Numbered from the stretch's first letter, positions 41,156 through 53,059 are shown. The stretch is DNA of 64,000 nt from Octopus sinensis (GCF_006345805.1 NC_042999.1:42098001-42162000); one strand, 5' to 3'. The notes: a model not told the origin generated them from the letters alone. A program made the numbers and translations.

Positions 41156-42091
41156 AGAATATCAAAGTACCTATATATCAATACCCTAAGTGTACAGGAA
41201 GTTTTAGTCGATACCTAGAGAATCTCATATAGAAAACTCTAGGATCAAATAGGATCCCGGAAAATGTGTTGTCTTCGCAAGTTAATGCTGGAATCATGGA
41301 AGTCTGATGAGGTCCTACATTGGAAGACAAACAGGTGTAGAAAGCATATACCATTTGTCTCTTTGCTGTAGAAAAACAGATCCTAGGAAGCGTACTGCTC
41401 AATAGACCAAAAGAAAGGCTAAAAACTGAGAAAAGTATTTATTTATTTATTTTTTTTGTCATTGCTATTAAACACTTGCGTTAATTTGTAATTACGTTCA
41501 GTGAATTAGAAAATCATTTTCGACTGTATCGGGTACTCAGTTTGGTTGTCTAGAAAATTTCATTCGTATGATAGTTTTTCTAAGGCATCTGAACACAGGC
41601 ATGAGAGCTCAAGTCGCACACATTATCTCTAGCTCTGTAAAGTATAATGCTACAATGGAAATCCAACAGGGTAGTCTGTTAACACATTATCTCTAGCTCC
41701 GTCAACTTTGATGCTACAATGGAAATCCAACAGGGAATTCAAACTTGATATGACAGCAATGCACCAGGTGGTATTCTGTAAGTGAACTAATGATGTATAT
41801 TTCCAAAACCAACCAGATGCAATCTTGCTTAAAATGACGTATTTCCAATCTAAAACCAAAATTACACATGTTAACTAAGAGAAATATTTGCTGATGGGTG
41901 CGCCTTTACTTCCAACAGTGTGGATTGTATGAAAAGCATTGTGGATATTTTTACAGTACTGTCACTAAGTTTGGCTTAAAAATTAACACCTTGAAAACTA
42001 AAAAAATACTTTTCTCAGCTCTTAATCTAGTTATCGACTAACACTTCCTGTACACTTAGGGTATTGATATATATAGGTACTTTGATATTCA

Positions 42092-42523
42092 TCTATTCTT
42101 TTACTTGTTTCAGTCATTTGACTGCGGCCATGCAGGAGTACCGCATAGAAGGGATTTTTAGTCGAAGAAATCGACCCCAGAACTTATTTTTTGTAAGCCT
42201 AGTACTTATTCTAGCAGCCTCATTTGCCGAACTTCTATATTACAGGAATGTAAACATACCAACATCGTTTGTCCAGCGAGTGTGGTGGACAAACACAACA
42301 TCGGTTGTCCAGCGATGATGGTGGATAAACACGTATATATATATATATATATCTTATGATAATATATATATATATTTACGACGGACTTCTTTCAGTTTCG
42401 GTCTACCAAATCCACTCACAAGGCTTTGCTTGGCCCGAGGCTATAGTATAAGACACTTGCCCAAGCTTCTACGCAGTGGCACTGAATCCTGAAATATGTG
42501 GTTGAGAAACAAGCTTCTTACAC
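42092..42523 (-). mobile_element. SINE family B (inverted duplicate of 40698-41155)
   Basis: Shared variant gcttgtttctcaaccacatatttcagg.ttcagtgccactgcg. Confidence 0.85.
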
Positions 42524-42860
42524 AAAACCAGAAGCTTCTTACACACAAGTACTTATTCTATCGGTCTCATTTACACCAGCCAAGAAATTCAATTTCAGGC
42601 CCTCGTTATTGGAGAGTAAATTATATCGAGATATGAACCATTACATATTTAGGGAGTAAAATCAATAATTCGAGTTCATTTCTGTATGTGGATGTCCATT
42701 CATGAGCGGACATGTTTGTAAGCGTCCCCGTTTTCCTTTGCATCGGTCCATGCCCATCATAGATTGTCTCTGTTCGTCTGTTATTGCATGTAATTGGTGT
42801 AACTATAAGCGTAGTTTCGCATTCGGCTATATTCCATAAGTATTTGTCTATTATTCTATT

Positions 42861-43064
42861 TTACTCTTTTACTTGTTTCAGCCATCTGACTGTGGCCATG
42901 CTGGAGCACCGCCTTTAGTCGAGCAAATCGACCCCAAGACTTATTCTTTGTAAGCCTAGTACTTATTCTATCGGTCTCTTTTGCCGAACCGCTAAGTTAC
43001 AGGGACGTAAACACATCAGCATCGGTTGTCAAGCGATGTTGGGGGGACGAACACAGACACACAA

Positions 43065-43102
<38 letters not shown>

Positions 43103-43264
43103 CCGACAGGCTTCTTTCAGTTTCCGTCTACCAAATCCACTCACAAGGCTTTGGTCGGCCAGATGCTATAGTAGAAGACACTTGCCCAAGGTACCGCGCA
43201 GTGGGACTGAACCCGAACCATGTGGTTCATAAGCAAGTTACTTACCACACAACCACTCCTACGC
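42861..43264 (-). mobile_element. SINE family B, full length
   Basis: Reverse complement of 22916-23341. Confidence 0.9.
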
Positions 43265-44120
43265 ATACATTTTTGAGAATCTGTTTTTGTCTTTCACATT
43301 TTCATTTCTTAGTGTGTGTATGGAGGGGGGCAATGTAAATGAAAGACGAATGTCACGATTGGTAGAGCGTCGGTTACTTCACCGTTTTAGTTCAAATCCC
43401 CTGCAGAATCACTTTGTGGTTCATCCTTCCGATAAACATGAAATAAGTACTGGAGATCGACAAAATCGATTGTATCCTGCCAAGTCGGTACTCCAGAATG
43501 GTCACAATGCAATGAATGTAACCAATAATATCATAAAAGATTAACGAAACAACATCACACCTTCCTATATCAGCGACACTTATAACTTATTCTTCAGCAA
43601 TCAAAAACCAAAATTTACTTGAGAAAAAAAAAACTGTCCCGACTGAAAATAAATAATAAATTCATAAATCAATACAAAAATATAAATAAAATAAATAAAT
43701 TATAGAAAACTAAACAAATGTTTGTGTTTCACAATCTTTTATAGTGAATCTACTTATTAATTTATGGCACTGATCACAGGAAATAAAACGTTCTCAGAGG
43801 AAAGCAACAAAGTGATATAATTTGGAAACTGAGACGAAGGTGTGCAGTTTTCTTTTGTTTGTTGTTTGTATACTTTTGTGCGCTTGTATCAATGCATGTA
43901 TATAAGTATGTGTGTATGTATGTATGTATGTATGTATGTATGTATGTATGTATGTACGTATGTATGTACGTATTATGCAGGTAGGTAGGTACGTACGTAC
44001 TGAGGTGCGTAGGTAGGTAGGTAGGTATATACGTACCTAGGGAGGTATGTATAAATGGATGGCTGTATGTATATATATGTATATATGTATGTGTGTATGC
44101 ATGCATGCATGTATGTTTGT

Positions 44121-44725
44121 ATGTCACTATTCAGTTTTATTTAAAGATTTCTTGCCAATAGAGAAAAAGCCGGTTTCTAACCTAGATCCAAGACTCCTTC
44201 ATTGAAATTTCAACATCGACAGGATATTTTTGTATGTATGTATGTATGCCATTATTCAATTTTATTTCAATATTTCTTGCCAATAGAGAAAGAGCCAGTA
44301 TCTAACCTAGATCCAAGGCTTCTTCATTGGATTTTCAACATCAACAGGGTATTTTGTATGTATGCATTTATGTATGTATGTATGTATGTATGTATGTATG
44401 TATGTATGTATGTATGTATGTATGTATGCAGGCGTGTATGTTTGTTATGTTGGCATGTACGTATGTCATTATTCAGTGTTATTTCAAGATTTCTTGCCAA
44501 TAGAGAAAGAGCCAGTATCTAACCTAGATCCAAGGCTTCTTCATTGGATTTTCAACATCAACAGGGTATTTTGTATGTATGCATGTATGTATGTATGTAT
44601 GTATGCATGTATGTACGTATGTCATTATTCAGTGTTATTTCAAGATTTCTTGCCAATAGGGAACGAACCGGTTTCTAACCTAGCTCCAAGGGTCCTTCAC
44701 AGGAATTTTAACATCAACAGGGTAC
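44121..44725 (+). repeat. Four tandem copies of a ~105-bp module separated by (TATG)n spacers
   Basis: tattcag..ttattt.aagatttcttgccaatag...tctaacctagatccaagg...caacatcaacagggtatttt starts at ~44121, 44246, 44463 and 44619. Confidence 0.9.
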
Positions 44726-45077
44726 TTACACATATTCTTGTGTACGTGTGCTATAATTGGAGTCAACGCCTGTGCAGATTTGTAAGTTTGTTTTATGTAT
44801 GTATTCTCATGCATATTGTTGCATGTCTAGACATGTGCATACATACTTAATTACTAAAGTTCTGGAAAATTTTACAAATGTTTACAGTTCTCTTGATGGC
44901 CTGAATCTGTAATCTAATTAATTTCTCTTTTCTGGTTTTCAGAAGCCTAGTTCTTCAACATTTGTACTGAAGTATCCATCTCCATCTCTCTTTCTCAGTC
45001 TCTCTTTTATATTTATGTTTGTCATTTGAACTTTAAAATTTTTTTCTTAATAATTTTAACCGAAACATATATATATA

Positions 45078-45139
<62 letters not shown>

Positions 45140-45259
45140 CGTATATACATACATATATATATAGTTAATCCAAACAAGAAAACACAGAAAAAAACACAGC
45201 AACGCGAGGACGTGAACCATTAAAGTATTATTTGACGCTCAGGAAAGAAGGTAAGGAGG

Positions 45260-45294
45260 GTTTAACGTTTCGAGCGGAGCTCTTCGTCGGAAAC
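45260..45294 (-). ncRNA. Minimal type I hammerhead-like fold, variant core
   Basis: Minus strand: gttt CCGACGA a GAGC tcc GCTC GAAA CGT T aaac. It lies within a ~210-bp element flanked by (TA)n. Confidence 0.5.
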
Positions 45295-45454
45295 AAGGAG
45301 AAAGAAAGATCCCGAGAAGGGAAGACAGAGGAAAAAAATATTTTTGCTGGTGGTGCTCAAGAGATCACATGTTGAAAAAAGATGTATATATATATGTATA
45401 TATGTATATATACATACATACATATATATATATATATACATACATACATATATA

Positions 45455-45497
<43 letters not shown>

Positions 45498-45959
45498 ATA
45501 TATACGTATATACATACATATATACACACTTATACATAGATATGTAGGCAAATATGTATATACATATTTACGGATGCATCTATGTATGTATAGACATATG
45601 TAAATATATAAATGCACATAGCTTTATGAAGATATACGCAAAGAAACACGCAAGTATATACATACACACACACGCACCTATACACGCGCGCACAAATTTG
45701 CAAAAATAGCGGGCTCACTTTTGCAAAGTGAAACAGACACACGCGCAAACACGCGCGCGCGCAGATACACGCACACGCACACATACAGAGACCCGCCACA
45801 CAGGGGAGCGTGTCGTGCAATATGTTGGCACATCTTGAATAGCTCACGATTTCGTTTTGAAGATTATACCATCTGTAAGTGAAATATAGCAAATACAAAT
45901 TGTATCCATGGCAACAAAAAAGTAGGGGCAACAGTGGAGGATGAAGGAGAAGAAAAAGA

Positions 45960-46015
45960 AGAGAATGACGATGATGACAACGATGATAACAATGACAATG
46001 ATGATGGTGATGACA

Positions 46016-46046
<31 letters not shown>

Positions 46047-46339
46047 CGATGAAAAAGAAGAAAGAGATGAAGGGAAAGGAAGCAAAGGACAATAGGAACG
46101 ATAGTAGCCATCACAAACCCAATGACAATCATTAACAGCGCAGTAGTAGCAGCAGCAGTAACAGCAGCAGCAGCAGTAGTAGTAGTAGTAGTAGGAGGAG
46201 GAGGAGGAGGAGGAGGAGGAGGAGTTGTAGTGTTGATGACAGTGCTGGTGGTGCGGGTCCCGGTGATTGTAGTAGTAGGAAGGGAAGTAGTAGTAATCGT
46301 AGAGGTGATGGTAGTGGTTGTAGTGGTGGTGGCTAGTAA

Positions 46340-46384
<45 letters not shown>

Positions 46385-46448
46385 AGCTGGTGGGCGGTGT
46401 TGGTGGTGATGGTAGTGGTTACTATAGTTCTGATGCAGCAGCTGCAAC

Positions 46449-46495
<47 letters not shown>

Positions 46496-46559
46496 AGCTG
46501 GTGGGCGGTGTTGGTGGTGATGGTAGTGGTTACTATAGTTCTGATGCAGCAGCTGCAAC

Positions 46560-46610
<51 letters not shown>

Positions 46611-46630
46611 TGTTGTTGTTGTTGTTGTTC
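45960..46630. repeat. Compound trinucleotide tract with a duplicated ~114-bp module
   Basis: (GAT)n, (GCA)n, (GGA)n and (GTA)n; the module gagctggtgggcggtgttgg...gcagctgcaaca occurs at ~46384 and ~46495. Confidence 0.9.
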
Positions 46631-46892
46631 TTGTAGTAAAAGCATAAAAGGAAAAAACCTACAAAAGAAAGGGGAAAAAAATCCTTCAATTGGTTTTGCC
46701 ATGCCAAACGTGACGTGTTTAATGTGTCAGTGTATGAGTCATGCATGCATACGCCGAACAAGAATGACCCTATGCACAACACGAGGCTATCAATTGTTTG
46801 TAATTACAATTATTATTAACACAAAGACCAAATTAGAAAAAAAAATTATCATTATCAAAATGATTGTCATTATTTTTATCGTATTCTCAAAA

Positions 46893-47320
46893 GCGGCGAG
46901 CTAGCAGAATCGTTAACACGATGGCCAAAATCCGTAGCGGTATTTGGTCCGTCTTTACATTCTGAGTTCAAATGCGATCGGGGTCGACTCTGCCTTTCAC
47001 CGAAATTGCTGGCCCTGTACTAAAATTTAAAACCATTATTAACATATAGAGCAAATTAGAAAAAAAAAATTATCATTATAATTATAATTCTCTCAAAGGC
47101 GACAAGCTGACAGAATCGTTAGTAGGCCGGACAAACTGCTTAGCGGCATTTCGTCCGTCCGTCTTTCCCTTCTGAATTCAAATTCCACCGATGTCGACTT
47201 TGCCTTTTATCTATTGGGGTCGATAAAATAAGTACCAGTTGAGACTGGGGTCGATGTAAAAGACTTACCTCCTCTCCCAAAATTCGAGGCTTTGTGCCTA
47301 TAGTAGAAAAGATTATCATT
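46893..47320 (+). mobile_element. Two older SINE family A copies (tail type 2)
   Basis: gcggcgagctagcagaatcgttaac... and ggcgacaagctgacagaatcgttag...ttcgaggctttgtgcctatagtagaaaag. Confidence 0.8.
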
Positions 47321-47371
47321 GTCTTTTTATCAACTCTCATTGTAACCTTATTGATATACAATTTTATCAAC

Positions 47372-47608
47372 GTGTGAGGGTGTGTGGTAAGAAGCTTGTT
47401 ACCCAACCACATGGTTCCGGGTTCAGTCCCACTGCGTGGCACCTTGGGCAAATGCCTTCATGTCTTCTACTGAAGTCTCGGGCGACCAAAGCCTTGTGAG
47501 TGTATTTGGTAGATGGAAAGAAGCCCGTAATGTATATATATATATATATGTGTGTGTGTATGTGTGTTTGTGTGTGTGTGTGTATACATACACACATATA
47601 TATATATG

Positions 47609-47674
<66 letters not shown>

Positions 47675-47967
47675 GATAGATAGATAGATAGATAAATATA
47701 GATATGTATGTATGTATGTATGTATTATGTATGTATGTATACACACACACAGTAAATCTAAAAAAGAGAACAAACACAAAAAACACAAGAACGCGAGGAC
47801 ATGGTACATGTAAAGTAGACGCTCGGGGAAAGAAAGAAATATGGTTTAACGTTTCGAGCAGACGCTCTTCTACGGAAACAGAGGAAAATCCAATAGAATG
47901 GAAGATGGAGGAAGGAAATCGCCAACAGTTCACATGTGGTTACATTTTGAAAAAAATATACTTATAT

Positions 47968-48001
<34 letters not shown>

Positions 48002-48255
48002 ATATGTATGTGTGTGTGTGTGTTTGTGTGCATATATCTATGTGTGTGTCTTTGTGTCTGTATTTGTCCCCCATAATCGCTTGACAACTGGTGTTGGTGT
48101 GTTTTCGTTCCCGTAACCTAGTGGTTCGGCAAAGAGTTTGATAGAATAAGCACTAGGCGTAAAAATAAGTCGTGGGGTCGAATTGCTCAACGAAAACACT
48201 TCAAGTGGGGCTCCAGTATGGCCGCAGTCAAATGCCTGAAACAAGTAAAAGAATC
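47372..48255 (+). mobile_element. SINE family B split by microsatellite expansion and a nested element
   Basis: 5' half at 47372-47530 and 3' half at 48040-48255; a nested hammerhead-like element lies at ~47750-47960. Confidence 0.8.
47844..47879 (-). ncRNA. Minimal type I hammerhead-like fold, degenerate core
   Basis: Minus strand: gttt CCGTAGA a GAGC gtct GCTC GAAA CGT T aaac. Confidence 0.4.
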
Positions 48256-48964
48256 AACGAATAAAATCCATATATAGATACTGTTAAACAATCGGAAACA
48301 TTGTTGACAAAGTGTATCTGGGAATTGTTTCCTTAAGTAAAAGGGATACATTTATAAAATTACTCATTTTAAATTATGCTGAAGCATATATTCAGGTGTG
48401 TAAATTTTGAAGGGTCTACCTCTGGTCAATGTTGAGTATATGATTGCACATCGTCAATCTTCTAGAAAAGAATTTTGGTGATAATTTCTTTTTGCAGACT
48501 TAAATACATTATTTCCTTTGTATAATATAAAACCTCACAAAGCCCACTAGATGTCAAGTTTTGTGCAACAGTTTCACTTAATATTTACGTCGCATTTGGT
48601 TTCAAGGTCATATGAGATTTTTTTCATTTAATTATTATACATAACTTTTCATTAATCTGATTTATTTTACGATCATCTTTCTGTAACTTATTCATTAATA
48701 GGTCCCTTTTGTCATTATTTATCATTTTCATACCCTATGGTTTTCTTTTGCGTTTTTCTTTTTATTTACCACTACGTATTTTATGTATGTATGTATGTAT
48801 GTATGTATGTATGTATGTCTTCTATTTTTTAATTATTATAAATTTTCCCCAGAGGAGAGTATCGGTTTCCAACAAAGATACAAAGCTCCATCTTTGTGAT
48901 GTAGTTAACACAGACAAATTCACATCTAGAACTTGTCTTGCATATTTTTACTGTTCCACTCAAA

Positions 48965-49846
48965 GATTGCACTTGTAATGTACGAATCAGCCGGTCGAGA
49001 ATTTTTTTTCCTACGGGAGTTCTGGACCCCAGTAATGAACTCATGTGCATACAGCCAATCAAAGCCCACCTTGAAAATCAACATACTGTGTACTACTACA
49101 GTACAGTCAGTCAGGCACAGAATAGTGTATGCCGCTCTGTGAGTACGGCATAGAATGTCTTTCATAAATACCACATTCCCACACACCATCCTCATAGATC
49201 AATTGTGCACCATCTCTATATGAAGCTAACATTAGGTACTCATGCTCAGACTTACATTAATGATACTGCATGTACCCTTGACATATGCATGGAGGGCACA
49301 ATACGACACAAAGCCTTATTGATTATGATGTTTCCAGATCAGCACCAACATTTCAAATTAGGAATGTACAAAATCAGTCAAAAAATTAGGAAACTACACT
49401 CATTTACATTTTCTAGTTATTTACGCAAATTGGCAACACTTAGGGCATCATCTGGGAGCAGCTCTCCATTCACTTTATACACTAAATTTCACATTTGTCA
49501 CCCCTGTTAACCTGTTTAGAACTGTTACATTTTGCTGTAACGCACATTTTCCCCTGAACTCAACCAGAGTATTTTCGTAACTAGGTGGACACTAGTTTCA
49601 TAGTTGAGCTCTGATTGGCTGTGTGAAATTGAGTTTATAACTGGGGGCAGGAACTCTCGTGGTAAAAAAATTCGCCAGCCGGTCAACTCATTCTGAAAAT
49701 CCCAGTTTATCCAAATTCTCCTTTAAGCATCTACTAATAAAATCTAGTGCTTCAATTATCATTGGTACGAATATGAGTTCATAGCCTGGATATATACATG
49801 TTTATGTATGTATATATGTATGTATGTATGTATGTACGTATAAATA

Positions 49847-49898
<52 letters not shown>

Positions 49899-50330
49899 TA
49901 TTTATACGTACATACATACATACATAAACACAGATTGCACTTGTAATGTACGAATCAGCCGGTCGAGAATTTTTTTTCCTACGGGAGTTCCGGACCCCAG
50001 TAATGAACTCATGTGCATACAAACAATCAGAGCTCACCTTTAAAATCCACATACTGTGTACTAGTACAGTACAGCCAGTCAGGCACAGAATAGTGTATGC
50101 CGCTCTGTGAGTACGGCATAGAAGGTCTGACATAAGCACCACATTCCCACACACCATCCTCATAGATCAATTGAACACCATCTCTATATGGAGCTAACAT
50201 TAGGTACTCATGCTCAGACTGACATTAATGACACTGCATGTACCCATTGATATATGCTTGGAGGGCGCAATACGACACAAAGCCTTACTGATTACGATGT
50301 TTCCAGGTCAGCACCAACATTTCAATTTTG
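48965..50330. mobile_element. Non-autonomous TIR-element-like repeat plus a truncated second copy
   Basis: 48965-49370 is directly repeated at 49932-50330. 49603-49695 is an inverted copy of 48983-49075 (…gaactc…ccccagt…cagccaatcagagctc). Confidence 0.65.
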
Positions 50331-50350
50331 AAATATACGAAATATATATA

Positions 50351-50382
<32 letters not shown>

Positions 50383-50514
50383 TATCTTTTTTTAATAATT
50401 TTGATATATATTTAAAATAATATAAATTAATTAATCTTATGTATTGGCTTAAGTCTTTCATTGTATGATTTGCCTAATAGTGGTTTTATCTCTAATTTAA
50501 TATAATATTATATA

Positions 50515-50553
<39 letters not shown>

Positions 50554-50939
50554 CATATATGTATATATATGCAAATATATACACGCATTCACATGTATAT
50601 GATTGTGTGTGTGTGTATCTATATAAATATAGATATGTGTATGTACGTGTGTTTGCATATTTATATGTGTTTGTGTACGTATGTGTGCATGCATGAATGG
50701 GGAGGTGCTCTTCATTTCATGTTGCTATAGACCACTCGGGTGGCAAAATGGAATGATGCTTCAACGGACAGATGTCCCGTCCACGTAGGGAAAATATACA
50801 GCACGAAATCCAGGTAACCACATTTATGAACCTAGGACTTGGAAAGGGCCCTTGATTCTTTTTTCTTTCTTGAAATATATATGCATAAAAATAAAGTCGC
50901 ACGCAAACCCAGATAAGTGTATTGAAGTATTAATGCAAA

Positions 50940-51340
50940 ATTCCTCCCTGGAACCTAATGGAAACGTTGACACAATCTCAGGTGTTGCAATGGAGAAAAT
51001 ATTGTCCTGAATAACAAAGAACATTCTAGACAAGTGTAACGAAAGAAGAGCATTAAAAGCCAAGGAGAATAACAGTTCAGAAGCAAAAAGAGAGAAATTG
51101 AAGTCCTTAAACAATAAAAGTGGCTCGAGCGAATTTCATAGAAAGGAAATGCTATGCGCTACAAGAAAATTTTAAGAGAAATAACACGAGAAAGGCATAC
51201 CAAATTGTCAAAGCGTTGACAGGGCAAATAGAGTGAAAAGCTGCTACGACCGCTATTGTAGATTAAAATGGCAATGTGCTGACAGGAAATAATGGAAGAA
51301 AGATGGAAAGAATATATGAAGGAACTATACAACCATCCCA
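50940..51340 (+). mobile_element. RTE-clade LINE fragment (between endonuclease and RT)
   Basis: ITKNILDKCNERRALKAKENN, FKRNNTRKAYQIVKALT and ERWKEYMKELYNH, with stops. Confidence 0.75.
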
Positions 51341-51625
51341 TTATAATAGAATCGGCTATTTTGCACACCTTAGAACAATAAGAACGAGGAAATGGTGTGC
51401 AGGAGCTAAAGCCATTTATTCTGGCATGTGTGAAGTACTGTGTGTTATAAAAAAAAGTGCAACATCGCAAGGCATCTAATTGGAATATTGCAAATACTAT
51501 CTGAGAAATATACTTGTGCTGATCTGAGCAGCAATAAAAGAACACGATAATTTTAAACAAACAGGCTACCCATCATCAAGAGAACTTTCAATGTATTTTG
51601 ACTATTTTACATATACATGTAGGTG

Positions 51626-51656
<31 letters not shown>

Positions 51657-51864
51657 GCATGTATATATATACTATATACTATTTATTATTCAGTTGAACG
51701 CCACAAATACATTCCCAAGTAAGTTTATATACATACATACATACATACATATATATATGTGTGTGTGTGTATGCGTGTGTTTTTCTCTCCATTTTTTCCT
51801 CTTGATCTTTTCTGTCGAAGATCAAGAGAAAAAGCACACGCATACACACCACACACACGCACAC

Positions 51865-51911
<47 letters not shown>

Positions 51912-51929
51912 TGTATGTATGTATGTATG

Positions 51930-51989
<60 letters not shown>

Positions 51990-52235
51990 TATATATATAA
52001 TATATATTTACAACTAATATAGGATAAAATGTTTCGAAAAAATTCTATCAATGTCCAGCGTATTAAAAAATACCTTTAAAGGTTAAATTTATAAACCACT
52101 TATAAACAAGGGCAAAAGAAAAAATTCTAATGCCAAATATGCCAAAAATAGACAAATCGTCAATAACCATATAATTTATCACTATAAGCACGCGTCTCGA
52201 AGTAAGCCGACTGTAATCTCTAAAAAATTTCGTTA

Positions 52236-52296
52236 TTATCGTATTGGTCCCAATTTCAGAGTTAATTCATTAGAGTTTTCTCCTTGCCAGCGATAA
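52236..52296 (-). ncRNA. Mutated hammerhead copy (core CTGGCAA)
   Basis: Same stems as 52784-52844 but with two core substitutions. Confidence 0.6.
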
Positions 52297-52783
52297 ATAC
52301 GGTAAGAAATAAATGAAATACTTACTTATACCCATGGAAAAAGCAAACACTAAGTCCTGGGCACACTTAAGTACCCCAAATATATCCAAAATAGAAATTC
52401 TCCAGCACACCTCGAGACACGTGCGATCGGACTGAAAACTCTCATAGAGTGAGAGAGTCCGGAAGTGAACACTATTAAATTTACATCTAATTTAGGATAA
52501 AATTTTTCGAAAAAATTCTCTCAATGGCCAAAATACCTTTAAAGGTTAAATTTAAAAACAACTTATAAACAAGGGCAAAAGAAAAACATTCTAATGCCAA
52601 ATATGCCGAAAATAGACAAATCGTCAATAGCCATATAATTTTTCACTATAAGTACATACGTGTCGCGAGATGTGCTGGATAATTTTTATTTTGGATATAT
52701 TTGGGGTACTTAAGTGTGCCCAGGACTTAGTGTTTGCTTATTCCATGGGTATAAGTAAGTATTTCATTTATTTCTTACCATAT

Positions 52784-52844
52784 TTATCGCTGACGAGGAG
52801 AAAATTCTTATGAATTAACTCTGAAATTGGGACCAATACGATAA
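52784..52844 (+). ncRNA. Type I hammerhead ribozyme with canonical core
   Basis: Stem I ttatcg/cgataa; core CTGACGA; stem II GGAG/CTCT with an inner aattc/gaatt hairpin; GAAA; stem III ATTGG-GA-CCAAT; AUA cleavage triplet (cut after 52838). Confidence 0.8.
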
Positions 52845-53002
52845 TAACGGAATCTTTTAGAGATTTCTGTCGGCTTACTTCTAGACGTGTGCTTATAGTG
52901 ATAAATTATATGGTTATTGACGATTTGTCTATTTTCGGCATATTTGGCATTAGAATTTTCTTTTGCCCTTGTTTATAAGTTGTTTGTATACACACACACA
53001 CA

Positions 53003-53059
<57 letters not shown>

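Larger units (their letters stand above)
52006..52985. mobile_element. Hammerhead-bearing tandem/inverted repeat element (retrozyme- or Penelope-pLTR-like)
   Basis: A ~472-bp unit starts at ~52006 and restarts at ~52478. 52658-52985 is an inverted copy of 52093-52422. (TA)n flanks both sides. Confidence 0.8.

Noticed and set aside
41294-41355. CTGATGAGGTCC motif as a hammerhead
   Set aside because: No correctly placed GAAA after a closed stem II, and stem I is not adjacent to the core.
44935-44980. Possible micro-exon (ttttcag|aagcc...gaa|gtatcc)
   Set aside because: The donor site is weak and there is no supporting neighbouring exon or recognisable peptide.
45530-46702. 390-aa minus-strand ORF, the longest in the track
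   Set aside because: It consists of homopolymer runs encoded by trinucleotide and dinucleotide microsatellites, with no domain-like sequence.
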